This document shows positions 13,700 to 25,149 of a DNA stretch of 64,000 nt, in pieces. The notes under the pieces were generated by a model. The model was given only the letters and a program-made list of their open reading frames with translations, was not told the origin of the DNA and ran no database searches. Origin of the DNA: Utricularia gibba (taxonomy: Eukaryota > Plantae > Magnoliophyta); assembly GCA_002189035.1 (NCBI GenBank), contig NEEC01000014.1, positions 186,001 to 250,000 on the forward strand. The letters are read 5' to 3'. Positions within the stretch are counted from its first letter, which is position 1. Each line of letters starts with the position of its first letter. A program made the translations under genes and the position numbers.

Positions 13700-14240
13700 G
13701 GATAATCCAAACTGGAGAATCCTAGGGTCATAGGGCGACAAAGCCCAATAATAGCTACATGTGAATCATTTAGTGATACCGGGTCAAGTTAAGAACCCCT
13801 TTTTATAAAGAAGAATTCGTGAGTACAGCAGGTGTGGGTTGGATCAACCCGATCCAACTAAACCCTGAAATTGTTGGCTTATGTTTGGGTCATTATCTCT
13901 ACTTGTGAATCTGCAACTTTTTAATGATTTTCATTTTAGTAAAGATATGAACTACGCACTAGCTTTGAACGAAGCAGGGTTGCTGCATCGAATAAGTTCT
14001 CAAGGGACAACACCTAAACACTAAGCCCTATGGTGTGCTAGAGAATCATGTGATGTCCTGGATCTTAGTTACTCTCACAGACTGTAACCTTTATAAGGTC
14101 AACGTGTTTGAATTGACACGGATTTAGATGCTACTGCATTTTTTAACTGTTAATGCATTACCCGGGTAGTAAAAAATAAGTATTTGGTAGTATTCCCTTC
14201 TGAAGAAGAAAGATTAGAGTTCAACGTCAAGGGTTTGAAT
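13700..14240. repeat. Segment upstream of FUT, duplicated at ~47260-47780
   Basis: Colinear shared blocks such as AATAATAGCTACATGTGAAT, GTGCTAGAGAATCATG, TGTAACCTTTATAAG, GAATTGACACGGATTT and TGCATTACCCG. Confidence 0.85.
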
Positions 14241-14279
14241 TACTGATTGCTGAATTTTTTTTTTTATTCTTTAACTTCT

Positions 14280-14500
14280 GAGATATCTTTTATTGTGCAT
14301 ATCAATTTAATGCGATATTCGGATCAAAGTCAATTGGCCTTATTTCTTGACCACATTTTTATAATTCAATGACTTGCCCTCAAGACATATTCCATTCAAA
14401 TGTTATTTAACGTAGCACGCTTGGGCTACTCCAAATTGGAGCTCATAGGACTTATGGCATTTAGTTCTTTATTAGGGTTTCATATTCACTTCATATCTAC
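14280..14500. repeat. Segment duplicated at ~29960-30190
   Basis: Shared GTGCATATCAATTTAATGCG...GATCAAAGTCAA, ATAATTCAATGA..GCCCTCAAG.CATATT and GCACGCTTGGGCTA in the same order and orientation. Confidence 0.8.
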
Positions 14501-15805
14501 TATCTAAAGACTTCTTTGGTTAGAAACTATGAGCGAAACATAACTCAACGATAGGCTCTTTTTCCCTGCTTACATTGATAATATTCACAGCCGCTTCACG
14601 TATAAATATTTGTGTCTTTTTTTTTTTTTCCCATATGTGGATTCTTTTCTACAGCATATACTTTTTGGTATTTGCAAGTTCATAGATGATGAAATCTAGC
14701 GTCTTAGTTCCGGAGTCAAATGAGCAATTCGATATCCATGTTGCAAAACTTACACGCTAATAACTATAAGCTTTTATATATCCATGGGGTGACGTATGGG
14801 GCCGAGGTGTAGGAGTAGCTCATCTACACGAGAGTAGAATAGAATCTGCTTCTTCTTCTTGTTTTTTTTTTTTAATCATAGCAGGAATCATTTGACCAGT
14901 AGGACAGCGTGGATTCCACCGAATCTCTAGGTACTCTCTGATGGAATTCCAAATGCTGGATGCATAATTAATGCGTCATTAATCAAGTCTTCGCCTCATT
15001 AAACCCTATCCAAAATCAGCGTTGTGAAGGTGAAGCGCCCTCTTTGTATTTATTTTGTCGGAGATAAACATAGATTTTCTACTGCCATGACATGCATGAA
15101 CGAGATTAATAAAAAATACAAGGTCAAGGCAAAACAATTTGTTCACCCAAAAAACTCAAAAGAAAAATGGGGGCTGCTCCACCGCATTAGCTATACTGAT
15201 CCACTAATACAATAAATCATTAGTAGAGTGAATGGGCTACGCTCAGCAAGCCAATTATGATGAAAGAAATAAAGAGATGTAGAAAATTACAATAACAGTT
15301 CATCAATCGCAATCAAAAAGAAAAACAGACGCTACTTATACTCATAGTCCACAAAACATCAGATTGCTCACCACACATTTGCCTGGTTCAGAACAGGTTC
15401 CCATTGGCTCCTTTTTGCTAGCCCAAAAAAGGTGCTCGGGTCAAGTCCACTTAACTTGCATAATGCATACAAGTTGACCCGGTCAGGTATATTTAGTTGA
15501 CCCAAACTAAATATTAAACATGCTCAATATATTTATACCCAACAGTCTAAAATTGGGTGGTTATGAAATTATCGGTGATTCATCGGGTGCATGCGTAAGT
15601 AAGCACCCATAGTCTAAAAGTATGCCGTCGTTTTTTTTTTTTTTAATTTTAATATCCTTAATTATTAATTTATTAATAAATATTTATTCATTTAATTAAT
15701 TAATCAAAATCTTAATTTATTCATTTGATTTTCTCATATTTTCATATGTCTTCATTTAGATTACTTGATAATCACCCATTGATTACTATTATTGCCTTTC
15801 ATTCT

Positions 15806-16445
15806 TGTTATGAGTGAAATCGATATCGGGTGGGAGGCCAATTTAAGATGATAGGTGCGATCGGGAATGCCACACTTAGTCACGTTCTTCACGGTTGGTA
15901 CGATTGAAATAAGAGTGAGCAAAGATTTTTTACGTGGAAATTACCGGAAAACGGAAAAACCACAGAGCTACCTGAGCTCGCTGAAAAAGAGCTTCACTAG
16001 ATGGAGGTCGCGAAGAGGAGAATACAAATTGAAGAAATCTTTTCTTGTCCAACCCGCTTTTCATCGTAATTCCTTATATTTATAGGAGAGCTCAACCTAA
16101 CCGAACCCTGACATCTACGAATATCATGCGCTGGGCGAGGGATCGAGCAAGCGCGGGCGGCGTCTCGCTTGGCGCTCGGGTTTAGGGTTTTTAGGGTTTA
16201 GGGTTTAGGGTTTAGGGTTTAGGGTTTAGGGTTTAGGGCTGTTTCCTACGCCTGCTATACGATCTCACTTTTCAGATATCGTCCGCCTGTTATGCTGTAA
16301 TTCGGCCGCTTTTCAGACTATGTCATCTGGCTAATCTTGTCAGATTTCTAACAGATATCGATCTGCTGATTGACGTTATCCCCTCACGATCTCTTTTGGC
16401 AGCCTTTTAGGAACCGATTACCCTTGACCGATTTATCCCCTATCA
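15806..16445 (-). mobile_element. Solo LTR of the same Tat-type Gypsy family as 33548-41363
   Basis: Colinear with LTR 33548-34074 from TGTTA to CTATCA. Near-perfect TSD ATTCT/ATTCC (15801-15805, 16446-16450). Contains an extra 111-bp insertion. Confidence 0.9.
16181..16238 (+). repeat. Interstitial telomeric repeat (TTTAGGG)x8
   Basis: Seven perfect TTTAGGG units and one TTTTTAGGG variant, preceded by GGG. Confidence 0.97.
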
Positions 16446-16712
16446 ATTCCAAATCCGCAATCATCGTTCATTGATTATTATTTTTATTTTATGGATATTC
16501 AATTTTTAATTAAAACTTGTTTTATTTTAGTATTTTTTAAAAAATAATTTCATATAATTTAAATATTATAAATTAAAATTAGTATGATGCATTCATAATT
16601 TTTAAATCACAAATTGACGTAACCGAATTCATAAATCGACCAATCCATATACCTACACCTATGTATGCTAAGAAATTTATTAGTATTCAAATTTCTTCAC
16701 CCAATCTCGTCA

Positions 16713-18127
16713 ATGACGAACTCGAGGAGGTCGGACCCTGAATCCGGAAACGACTCACTTGGAAAGGCCGTCGACGTTAGCAGTGATGGGAGACATTTTT
16801 TCATGACAGTCCTAAGATCAACGATGGTACTTGTAGTCGTAGCGTGTCTCTCTGTCCTTCTCACACGATCAGCGGAAAGTCCCAAGGTGTTTTTCAAAGG
16901 ATCTTCTTATTGGGTGTACTCTGAACCTTCTCATTGGCAGAGTTATGTTCCCGTAAGATTTGTACTTTTTTCCTCGTCTTTTTTCTTTGAGTTGAACACA
17001 TATATAGTGAAGGGCGATTCTGTGGTTCATGACCATTTTTGTTTTTTTAATGATTCATTCAGATACGAGTAGTTCCAAGAAAATCAGAGTTAGATGTGAT
17101 AGATATTGCATGATATGGGTGTAGAAAATATGACAGTGAAGATGTGAGAGTTTTGGTGTGGATGAATCTTTCTAAAACTCAAGATATTGTATATAACGTT
17201 CAAGAGGAAGAAGTATCTTTATTTTACAAATCCTGGTACCCTTTATATAGAAGGCAAAAAACTAGCCGTTGCCTTCTTGACCGTTGGATGTATTTGTCTG
17301 GTTCATAGCTACTTAGTCGTCGGATTTGCTTCTCCAAAGCATGTGAGGGACAGTGGGCTGTGAAGTGTTGCCTTTGGACTGGACTTACCTCATCTAATGG
17401 GCTGTAGCCCTTTGAGATGAGTAGGGCCCAGCATAATCAAGCTTACTCGTGCAGTGCATTGCTTCTACTTCAGCGAGATTTCCTCCTCACGACAGAACTT
17501 CTCCAAATCGCCGGACTTGTTCTTCCTCTCTTGTTGATCCTTGATATCCGCTGAAGTCTCAATTTCATCCTCACGCTCTAAAGAGATGTTTCGCTATTGC
17601 AATTTGACAGTCGATTTTAAAGATCAAAACCGCAACCCTTCGAAAAGCATGGTTCCAGTACTAAAAAATAAACATAAATTATATGTCAACATATTTGCAT
17701 TAGGAACCCCGGCCGTTTATGGTGCAAAATTGAATTTGTAGACGGTGCCCTTGAAATGGGAACGCAAAAAATGGATTATTTTTGAACGTTTTCTTCCCTT
17801 GCATGACTTTGTTGAAGCATGGAGCCTATCCCGTGGCACAATTTTTGTGTAAATTGTAGGCAGTGATAGATATTTTAGAGTTGAAGAAAACACTAGGGAA
17901 GGCAGCGATGGAGGACAAGAGAACTGCGATTCTTACGACTGCAAATTAAGCATGGATGGCTCAGAATTCAATCTTCGATCAATTTCTAGTGAGCTTTCGA
18001 ATCGGGAGCAAAACCCAGCAGCTTTTAAAACATTGGTAGTCGTGGGTTTGTACAGGAACGCGTCTTCTCGTTGTGTTAACGCGAATCTCCATTGCTGCAC
18101 TTTGAGCACTCTCGGTGTTAGAACAGG
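16713..18127 (+). pseudogene. Nucleotide-diphospho-sugar transferase (PF03407, At4g15970-like) pseudogene, exons 1-2 only
   Basis: Exon 1 (16713-16952) encodes a type II TM anchor. Exon 2 (17860-18127) reads KTLGKAAMEDKRTAILTTAN*AWMAQNSIFDQFLVSFRIGSKTQQLLKH(L)VVV. Premature TAA at 17947, frameshift near 18033, no later exons seen. Confidence 0.8.
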
Positions 18128-18269
18128 GTATGCAAAACAAAATACAAAGACAGACGTGGGAAACCTTTTGTTCTTTGATTCCACACAATTCAAGTCATAC
18201 ACACACAAGACACACTCATACATTTATAGATACCACACAATACTTATTCGAACAATAACTAATTATTGG

Positions 18270-18515
18270 ATAATTTTCTAAATCTTCCCCTTAAGATAAC
18301 TCCTCCTATCAACAGACCTTCTCGAAGATGGCTTCAAGGCTTGTCTCCAGCACTTCCCCTCAAACTTAAGCCATCTTTCCGACCAAGCAGACCTCGTATC
18401 ACAGCAAGTACCCTTGGGAATGCGGTTTTGTAAAAACATCTGCTAACTAATTCTGAGACTTCACATATTTCAGCTCTACCTTCTTTTCTACAACACAATG
18501 CCGGAGTAACTGATT
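18270..18515 (-). mobile_element. Copia RNase H C-terminus and PPT relic
   Basis: The minus strand reads HCVVEKKVELKYVKSQN*LADVFTKP, followed by a purine tract AAGGGGAAGA. Confidence 0.6.
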
Positions 18516-18855
18516 GCTAAAAAAGTGTGGGGCTGAATAAAAGTGTAGTCGTAGAAAGTGCTGTCGCTTTTATGTCTAGCCGTTGTATCAGGTACAGGAT
18601 CAGGTACAGGATCAGCGCCTGTAACAACTTCAGCTGTGGTGATAGTTCAGTTTCAAGTTAATATGCCAGTCACTCAGGCTGCTTTTTCGTTTTTATTCCT
18701 TTAACTCTCATGTGTTTCTCTTCTACACTCTAAGTTGGACCTCCTCCTCAAGCTCTCTCTCAAAACACAGACTTGATTATTTTAATATCTAAATATTTTT
18801 ATAATTCTTTTAGGTGGATTGTGCGGAGCTTAAGTGGCAAGCTCTTGCACACTAG

Positions 18856-18892
18856 TATATAAATGGAGGGAGGATTTGCGGTTAAAATCACC
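18856..18892 (+). promoter_or_regulatory. TATA-box core promoter motif shared by the Pro-rich gene copies
   Basis: TATAAATGG-GG-AGG..TGCG.TTAA.A.CAC occurs here, at 48209-48244 (+) and at 57872-57906 (-), each 60-100 nt upstream of an ATG. Confidence 0.7.
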
Positions 18893-19102
18893 AGACTACA
18901 TTGTATACAACAGAACCCCGCTCCTGGGTAGTGAGTTGTATACAACTACCAAGATGGCGCTTGGCACCTCTATTCCTTCCATCTTTGCCCTGCATTCTTT
19001 CTCTCTTGTTGTGTCTACCACGGCTTCTTTTCTACCGGATTGTATCCCAAAACCCTGTCCACCATGTTTTTTACCGTGGCTGCCGCCACGGTTGTGTCCC
19101 AC

Positions 19103-22100
19103 TGTTGGAAGAAGTGGATGAACAATACGGAATCAAAACAAAGGGTTATAAGAACAATGATAGAATTCTAGAAGTGTTTACTATCATTTATTCCTTAAAC
19201 CAATACAACTTTATAAGGATGGATGATCCCTATCCAACACTAAACTGCTATGAAGTCAATTACAACTTCTTATCTAAATAAACTAACTATATAAGATCAA
19301 TTAACTTCCAGAAGCATACTGCCACTTTCAACCATACCGCAGACTTTCTGGTTTACCAGCCAACACCCGCCCTTAAACAGGAAAGCCTGTGCAAACCAAG
19401 CAAACTCCTGAGACGTATGAAAGCAGTAGCTTTAAGGGACTTGGTGAAGATATCTGCCATTTGATCTTCACCTTTATATAACAAAGCTCTATAATTCCTT
19501 CCTTCACACAGTCTCTAATATAATGAAAATGAGTTCTCATATGCTTGCTGCGAGCATGAAATACTGGATTCCATCCAAGTGCTATGACAGATTTATTATC
19601 CGCATGCAGCTTAGTGGGGAGGTCACAAATGAATCCTAAATTCTCCAGCATGTATCGCAGCCATATAGCATGACAAAAACAAGCGTTTGGAGCAACATAC
19701 TCAGCTTCACATGCTGATAAAGTGACAATGGGTTGCTTCTTTGAATTCCAAACTATAGCAGTGTCAACAAGGAAGAATGTAAAGCCACTTGTACTCCGAG
19801 AATCATCTAAATTGCCAGCCCAATCACTGTCGTTATACCCTTCAAGTTCAAAATTTTCTGCTGTGGCATACCACATACCAAAGTCCATGGTCCCTTTCAA
19901 ATATCTAAGAATTCGCCTTGCTGCCTTAAGATATATCTCCCTCGGCTTCTTCATGAAACGATAAACCAGTCCCACAAAAAAATAAGATATCAGGTTTGGT
20001 GCTAGTGATGTATCGAAGAGAACCAACAAGACTCTCAAATGAAGTGGCATTAACCTCTTTAGAAGTATCATTAATGCTCAACTTCACATTATATTCTGAT
20101 GGAGTGTCCACCGAATTACACTGAGTCATGTTGTACCTCTTAAGAAGATCTTTCACAAAGCCTTCTTGAGTGATAAAAATTCCATTGGATAATTGTTTGA
20201 CTTCAATGCCTAGATAGAAGTGCATTAAACCAGCATCAATCATCTCAAATTCTGCATTCATCTTCAACTTAAATTCTTTTACTTTATCTTCCTTGCTACC
20301 AATGACCAATAAGTCATCCACATAGATGCACACAATCAACATATCAGCCTGCTCCTTACCGCGTTCATAGAGAGAATGCTCATGAGGACATTGAATGAAG
20401 TGTCTCCCTTGTAAGTATGCATCGATTCTTTGATTCCAAGCATGTGGTGCTTGTCTCAAGCCATAAAGAGCTTTGTGTAACCTCATAACCTTATCTTCAT
20501 CTCCCTTTTTGATATAGTCCAATGGTTGATCTACATATACCTCCTCTTCTGCCATTTAAAAATGCAGCTTTAACATCCACTTGCCATATCTTCCACCTTT
20601 AATGCGCAGCAAGTGAGATAATAATTCTGATAGTTTCCATGCGTGCTACAGGTGTGAAAACTTGATCAAAATCAATTCCTTCCTTTTGTTTATAGCCTTT
20701 AGCCACTAATCTTGCCTTCAACCAATTACTATCACCATTTGATTTTTTTTTAATCTTGTATACCCATTTAACTCCAATAACAGTCTTGTTTGATGGTATG
20801 TCAACCAAGCTCCAGGTTTGATTCTTCTCGATCGAATGAATTTCATCATTCATTGCTCTCCTCCATTCTGGATACTGATTAGCCTCATAAAAATCCAAAG
20901 GTTCAGTATCCACGAATAAACAAAAGTGAGAGAAGTTGCTTGCTTCATGCCACATGTCATCATTCCTTTCTTCTATTAATGATGATGGAAGGTCAATGTC
21001 ATGATAATTAAGGTGCCTTGGAATCCATCTCATTTTCTGTTTCCTACGCGATGAAAATGTGGCAGCATTAGAATCACCAGCTTGTGTTGATAGACCTTAT
21101 TCCTGTTGAGGAACACCACCAGAGTCATCATCAACACTAGACTCCAACCACTCGGGGTCCACATAACTATATGAATGATCTGCTTTTGATAAAGATTTCC
21201 AATCCTAGCTTGCATTTTCATCAAAGACAACATCTCTACTTAACAAAATCTTCCTTATAAGTAGATCAAATAGCCTGCAAGTCTTCGAGTGTTGATCATA
21301 TCCAAGGAACACCAGCTTTTGGGATTTATCATCCAATTTACTTCACATATCATCTAGCTTATGTGCATATGCAACGGATTCAAAAATCCGCATATGGGAG
21401 ATAGACGATTTGATCCCTTTCCAAGCATCCTGTGGAGTCATATTTGCAACACTCCTTGTAGGAGTTCTATTTAAAATATAAATTGAGGTAGCAGCAGCGT
21501 CTCCCCAAAACTCCTTTGACATATTTTTGGTTCTCAGAAGACATCGAATCATATCAAGAATAGTTCTATTTTTTCTCTCAACAACACCATTTTGTTGAGG
21601 TGTCTTGGCGGCTGTAAGTGATTTATGTATACCAAGCTCCTTGCAATAATCAACAAATTGGTTAGGAGTGAACTCACCTCTTCTATCTGTTCTCAAGCAT
21701 TTAATACATAAACCACTCTGCTTCTCAACCTTGGTCTTGAATTCCTTAAAATATTGAAGACATCAGACTTGTTTTTCATCAAATAAATCCACATCTTCCT
21801 GCTATAGTCATCCACGAATAAAAGGAAATAATTTTTATTTCCCGAAATACATGGTTTAATTGAACTACACACATCACCATGTATTAACTCCAAAGGACGC
21901 CTTGCTCTAGACTAGGAAACCTTAGGAATTTATGTGCGTGCTTGTTTTCCAAAAACACAGCCTTCACATATTTGATTTGGTCTAGAGATATGTGGTAAGC
22001 CATTAACCATGTAATTTCTACCCAGTCTTCCTAGATTCTCGAAATTAATGTGTCCAAAACGCATGTGCCAAGTCCAAGCATCATCACCCTAACATGTCTT

Positions 22101-23732
22101 CAAGCAACAAGGAGAGGTAGACTTAAATATGAGTGAGAACATTCTGTTTTCACTCATTTTTACTGAAGAAATAATCTTCTTCGCATCATCAAGGAAAGTC
22201 AAACGTGCACTCTCCAAATGAATAATGAATCCCCTTTCCAAGAGTTGTCCTAAGCTCAAAATATTATACTTTAAGCCTGGTACAAACCAGACATCAAATA
22301 TAATCCGATGACTCCCATCTGTTAATGATAGCAAGATGTTGCCTTTTCCTTTCACAGGTATTTTTTATGAATCCCCAAGAATAATCGAACTACTATAAGC
22401 TTCATTCAGTGAGTAGAAAATATTTTTATTTCCACTCATGTGATTACTAGCCCTACAGTCTAACTACCAAGTATTCAATTCATTTGTAAATGTTTTTGTG
22501 GCCATCAATAACACGGGTGACTCAGACTCTTCCTTGGGTGCTTCTACAATGAGAGTGTTCTGCTCACCACCATTAGATCAACATTCCCATGAATAATGAC
22601 AATATTTTTGACAATTATAACATTCAACATTAGCCTTATTGAATTTCTTAAAGTTAGTTCCTTCATTCGACTTTGAACCACCTCTACCACCTCTTCTTGT
22701 CCAATTTGAGTGTCCTCTGCCATGGTAAGAATGAGAATATTCCTTGGTCTCATCAGATGGTGTTGAAGACCAATGGCTAGGATTTCTTCCCCAATGAGAT
22801 CTACGACCTCTTCCACGGCCTCGAGAATTCCAATATTTTTTCTCACTTTTGGCACTTTCCGTACCCTTTAGTTGAAGAAGCTTGGATGAGGATGAGGAGT
22901 CATCCCCATGTTTCAATCTAACCTCATATGCTTGAAGAGATCCAGTCAACTCATCTAAAGACATTTTATCAAGATCATTGGCTTCTTCAATTGCAATGGT
23001 AACATAATCATACTTGCTATCAAGTGAGCGTAAGACTTTCTCAACAAGTCGAATGTCGGGTAGCACCTCTCCAAACCTTTTCATCTGGTTTGAAATTTCT
23101 TGGACACGGATGATATAATCACCAATACTTTCTCCAGTATTTTGATGAAGTGATTCAAACTCTCCTTGAAAAGTTTGCAATTGAACTCTCTTCACTTTGT
23201 CAACCCCTTGACAAGAGTTTGATAAGGCATCCCATGCCTGTTTTGTAGTTGTTGCAGCTGCAATTTTCTCAAAAAAGACGATTGTCCAAGGCTTGATGTA
23301 TTGAGGATAATGCTTTTTTATCCTTCTTCATTGTTGCCGCATCAGAATGTATGGTTGTACCAGTTTGAATAACATTCATCACTTCATATGCTCCAAACAA
23401 TGCTTGCATTCTGATTTTCCAATTATCAACGTTATCCTTTGTCAACATAGGAACTGGAAAAGCACCGTTATTCAACATCCCGTGCTCTGATACCACTTTG
23501 TTGGAAGAAGTGGATGAACAATACAGAACGAAAACAAAAGAATTTTATTGTCATTTATTCCTTAAACCAATACAACTTTATAAGGATGGATGATCCTTAT
23601 CCAACACTAAATTGCTATGAAGTCAGTTACAACTTCTTATCTAAATAAACTAACTACATAAGATCAATTAACTTCCAGAAGTATACTGCCGCTTTCAATG
23701 ATACTATAGACTTTCTGGTTTATCAGCCAATA
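19103..23732 (-). mobile_element. Full-length but degenerate Ty1/Copia retrotransposon
   Basis: LTRs 19103-19365 and 23499-23732, TSD CCCAC (19098-19102, 23733-23737), tRNA-Met PBS TGGTATCAGAGC (23484-23495), PPT 19366-19374. Order gag (UBN2, CCHC) - PR - IN - RT (YVDD) - RH, with stops and frameshifts. Confidence 0.96.
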
Positions 23733-23831
23733 CCCACAACTTGCATCCCTATGGTGTGTACACCACCACCATCACCGCCACCGCCACCATACCATCCACC
23801 AACCCCATCACCACCGCCACCCTCACCTTGT

Positions 23832-24221
23832 TGTTAGTGGATGAAGTGAGACAGGAGAAACAAAGAAGAAGAAGAAGCCTACAGACTCACTTGACAAACT
23901 TCAAGCACGACAGCCACAAGAAACGAAAGGAAAATCCCGTAGAGCAATTTGGGGTTTATAGTCTTGGGCCCTTTGCCCAATATTGGAAGAGTACCGAAGT
24001 GGACAAGCCAGACCAAACCCAATCAACTTGGCAATCTGCCCAAAGACTAGCCATTATTGCGACAATCCAATAGACACCTCTAAATCCCTCAAAGGCTACC
24101 TTGTCTATAAATATTGATGTATCACTGATGTAAAAAACACATCACTTCAAGTCTTACATTGTTCTATACAGAAACTTTACAAAGCTTTGGTCTACTTCTT
24201 CACTTTCACATTCTTCTTTCA
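23832..24221 (+). mobile_element. Probable solo LTR inside the Pro-rich exon of copy A
   Basis: TGTTAG...TTTCA termini, GGGCCC/GCCCAA motifs and CTATAAATA. It interrupts a CCA/CCG-rich tract. The flanks CTTGT/CTGGC are each one change from CTTGC. Confidence 0.65.
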
Positions 24222-25149
24222 CTGGCCACCCTTGCCACCACCCTTTCCACCACCGCCACCATCCTCACCACCACCTACTCCATCGCCGCCGCCACCGCCA
24301 CCATTGCCTCCACCATCACTACCCTGTGCTAAGTTGATTATATTGATCATCTTGTATTGCTGTCCTGCTTTGATAGTCCCTCCGCCTCCGGTGCCACCTT
24401 TGGGGCCCTCCATCGCACTTGGAGGTGTAACTGTAACTGATGGGTAACGGGCAAGTCGTGCAGACTGCTACTACTGATTCAAGTGGAGGAGTTAGATTCT
24501 CAGCGAATGTTGACCTTGGTGTTGTTCCAACTTGCACACTCGTGGTCCCAACAACACCTTCATGTGGCCTTATTGCACCAAAGCCACTGCGGGATCAGCA
24601 AGGCAATCTCGCTGCTCAAGCTTGCCCGTGAGTCAGCCCCTGCCCACGCCATGGGACTCATAATACATATACAAAAATAATATCTCCACCCAGTGAGATC
24701 AACTTGTGTTTGAGTGTTGTGCTGATCAAGTGCACTCTCACGCCTTGTCTTGTTACTTTGGGCACGATGGCTGAATAAAGTGCATCAAACTTATTATTCA
24801 CTTCTTTAGGCTGATGCTTGAAAATATAACATCCAAGTAACCAAGTAACCATCAATTGACCAATTGAGATTATTCTACAGAATGCCTAGGTTTTTTGGCC
24901 TCGTAGTATATGATTGAAAACTAAATGCTGGTTTAAATCGAACCAATCACACTGCAATGCTAATTCATAGCATGAGGTCAAACCTTGTAGGCCAGCTAGT
25001 CAACTGAATCTAGCTCGTCCATGACCAAGATATACACTTGACTTTGATGTCTCTTGGAATATCGATAATCCCAACTTTTAAAGCATCTTTTCACGTATTT
25101 TTTGAGGGTCAAGGATATTCAGGTTTCTTCCATAAAGCCAAATTACAAC

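Larger units (their letters stand above)
18954..24631 (+). pseudogene. Pro-rich (extensin-like) + Ole e 1/phylloplanin-like secreted protein, copy A, split by two LTR insertions
   Basis: Removing the Copia and one TSD restores the frame ...PRLCPT|TCIPMVCTPPPSPPPPPY. The Pro-rich tract resumes after the solo LTR at 24222 and runs into KLIILIILYCC...GGVTVT. A frameshift near 24436 precedes GNGQVVQTATTDSSG...CTLVVP...C...QACP*. Confidence 0.8.

Noticed and set aside
17090-17610. LTR-like stretch in the PF03407 pseudogene intron
   Set aside because: LTR-like motifs are present, but no termini/TSD pair could be fixed.
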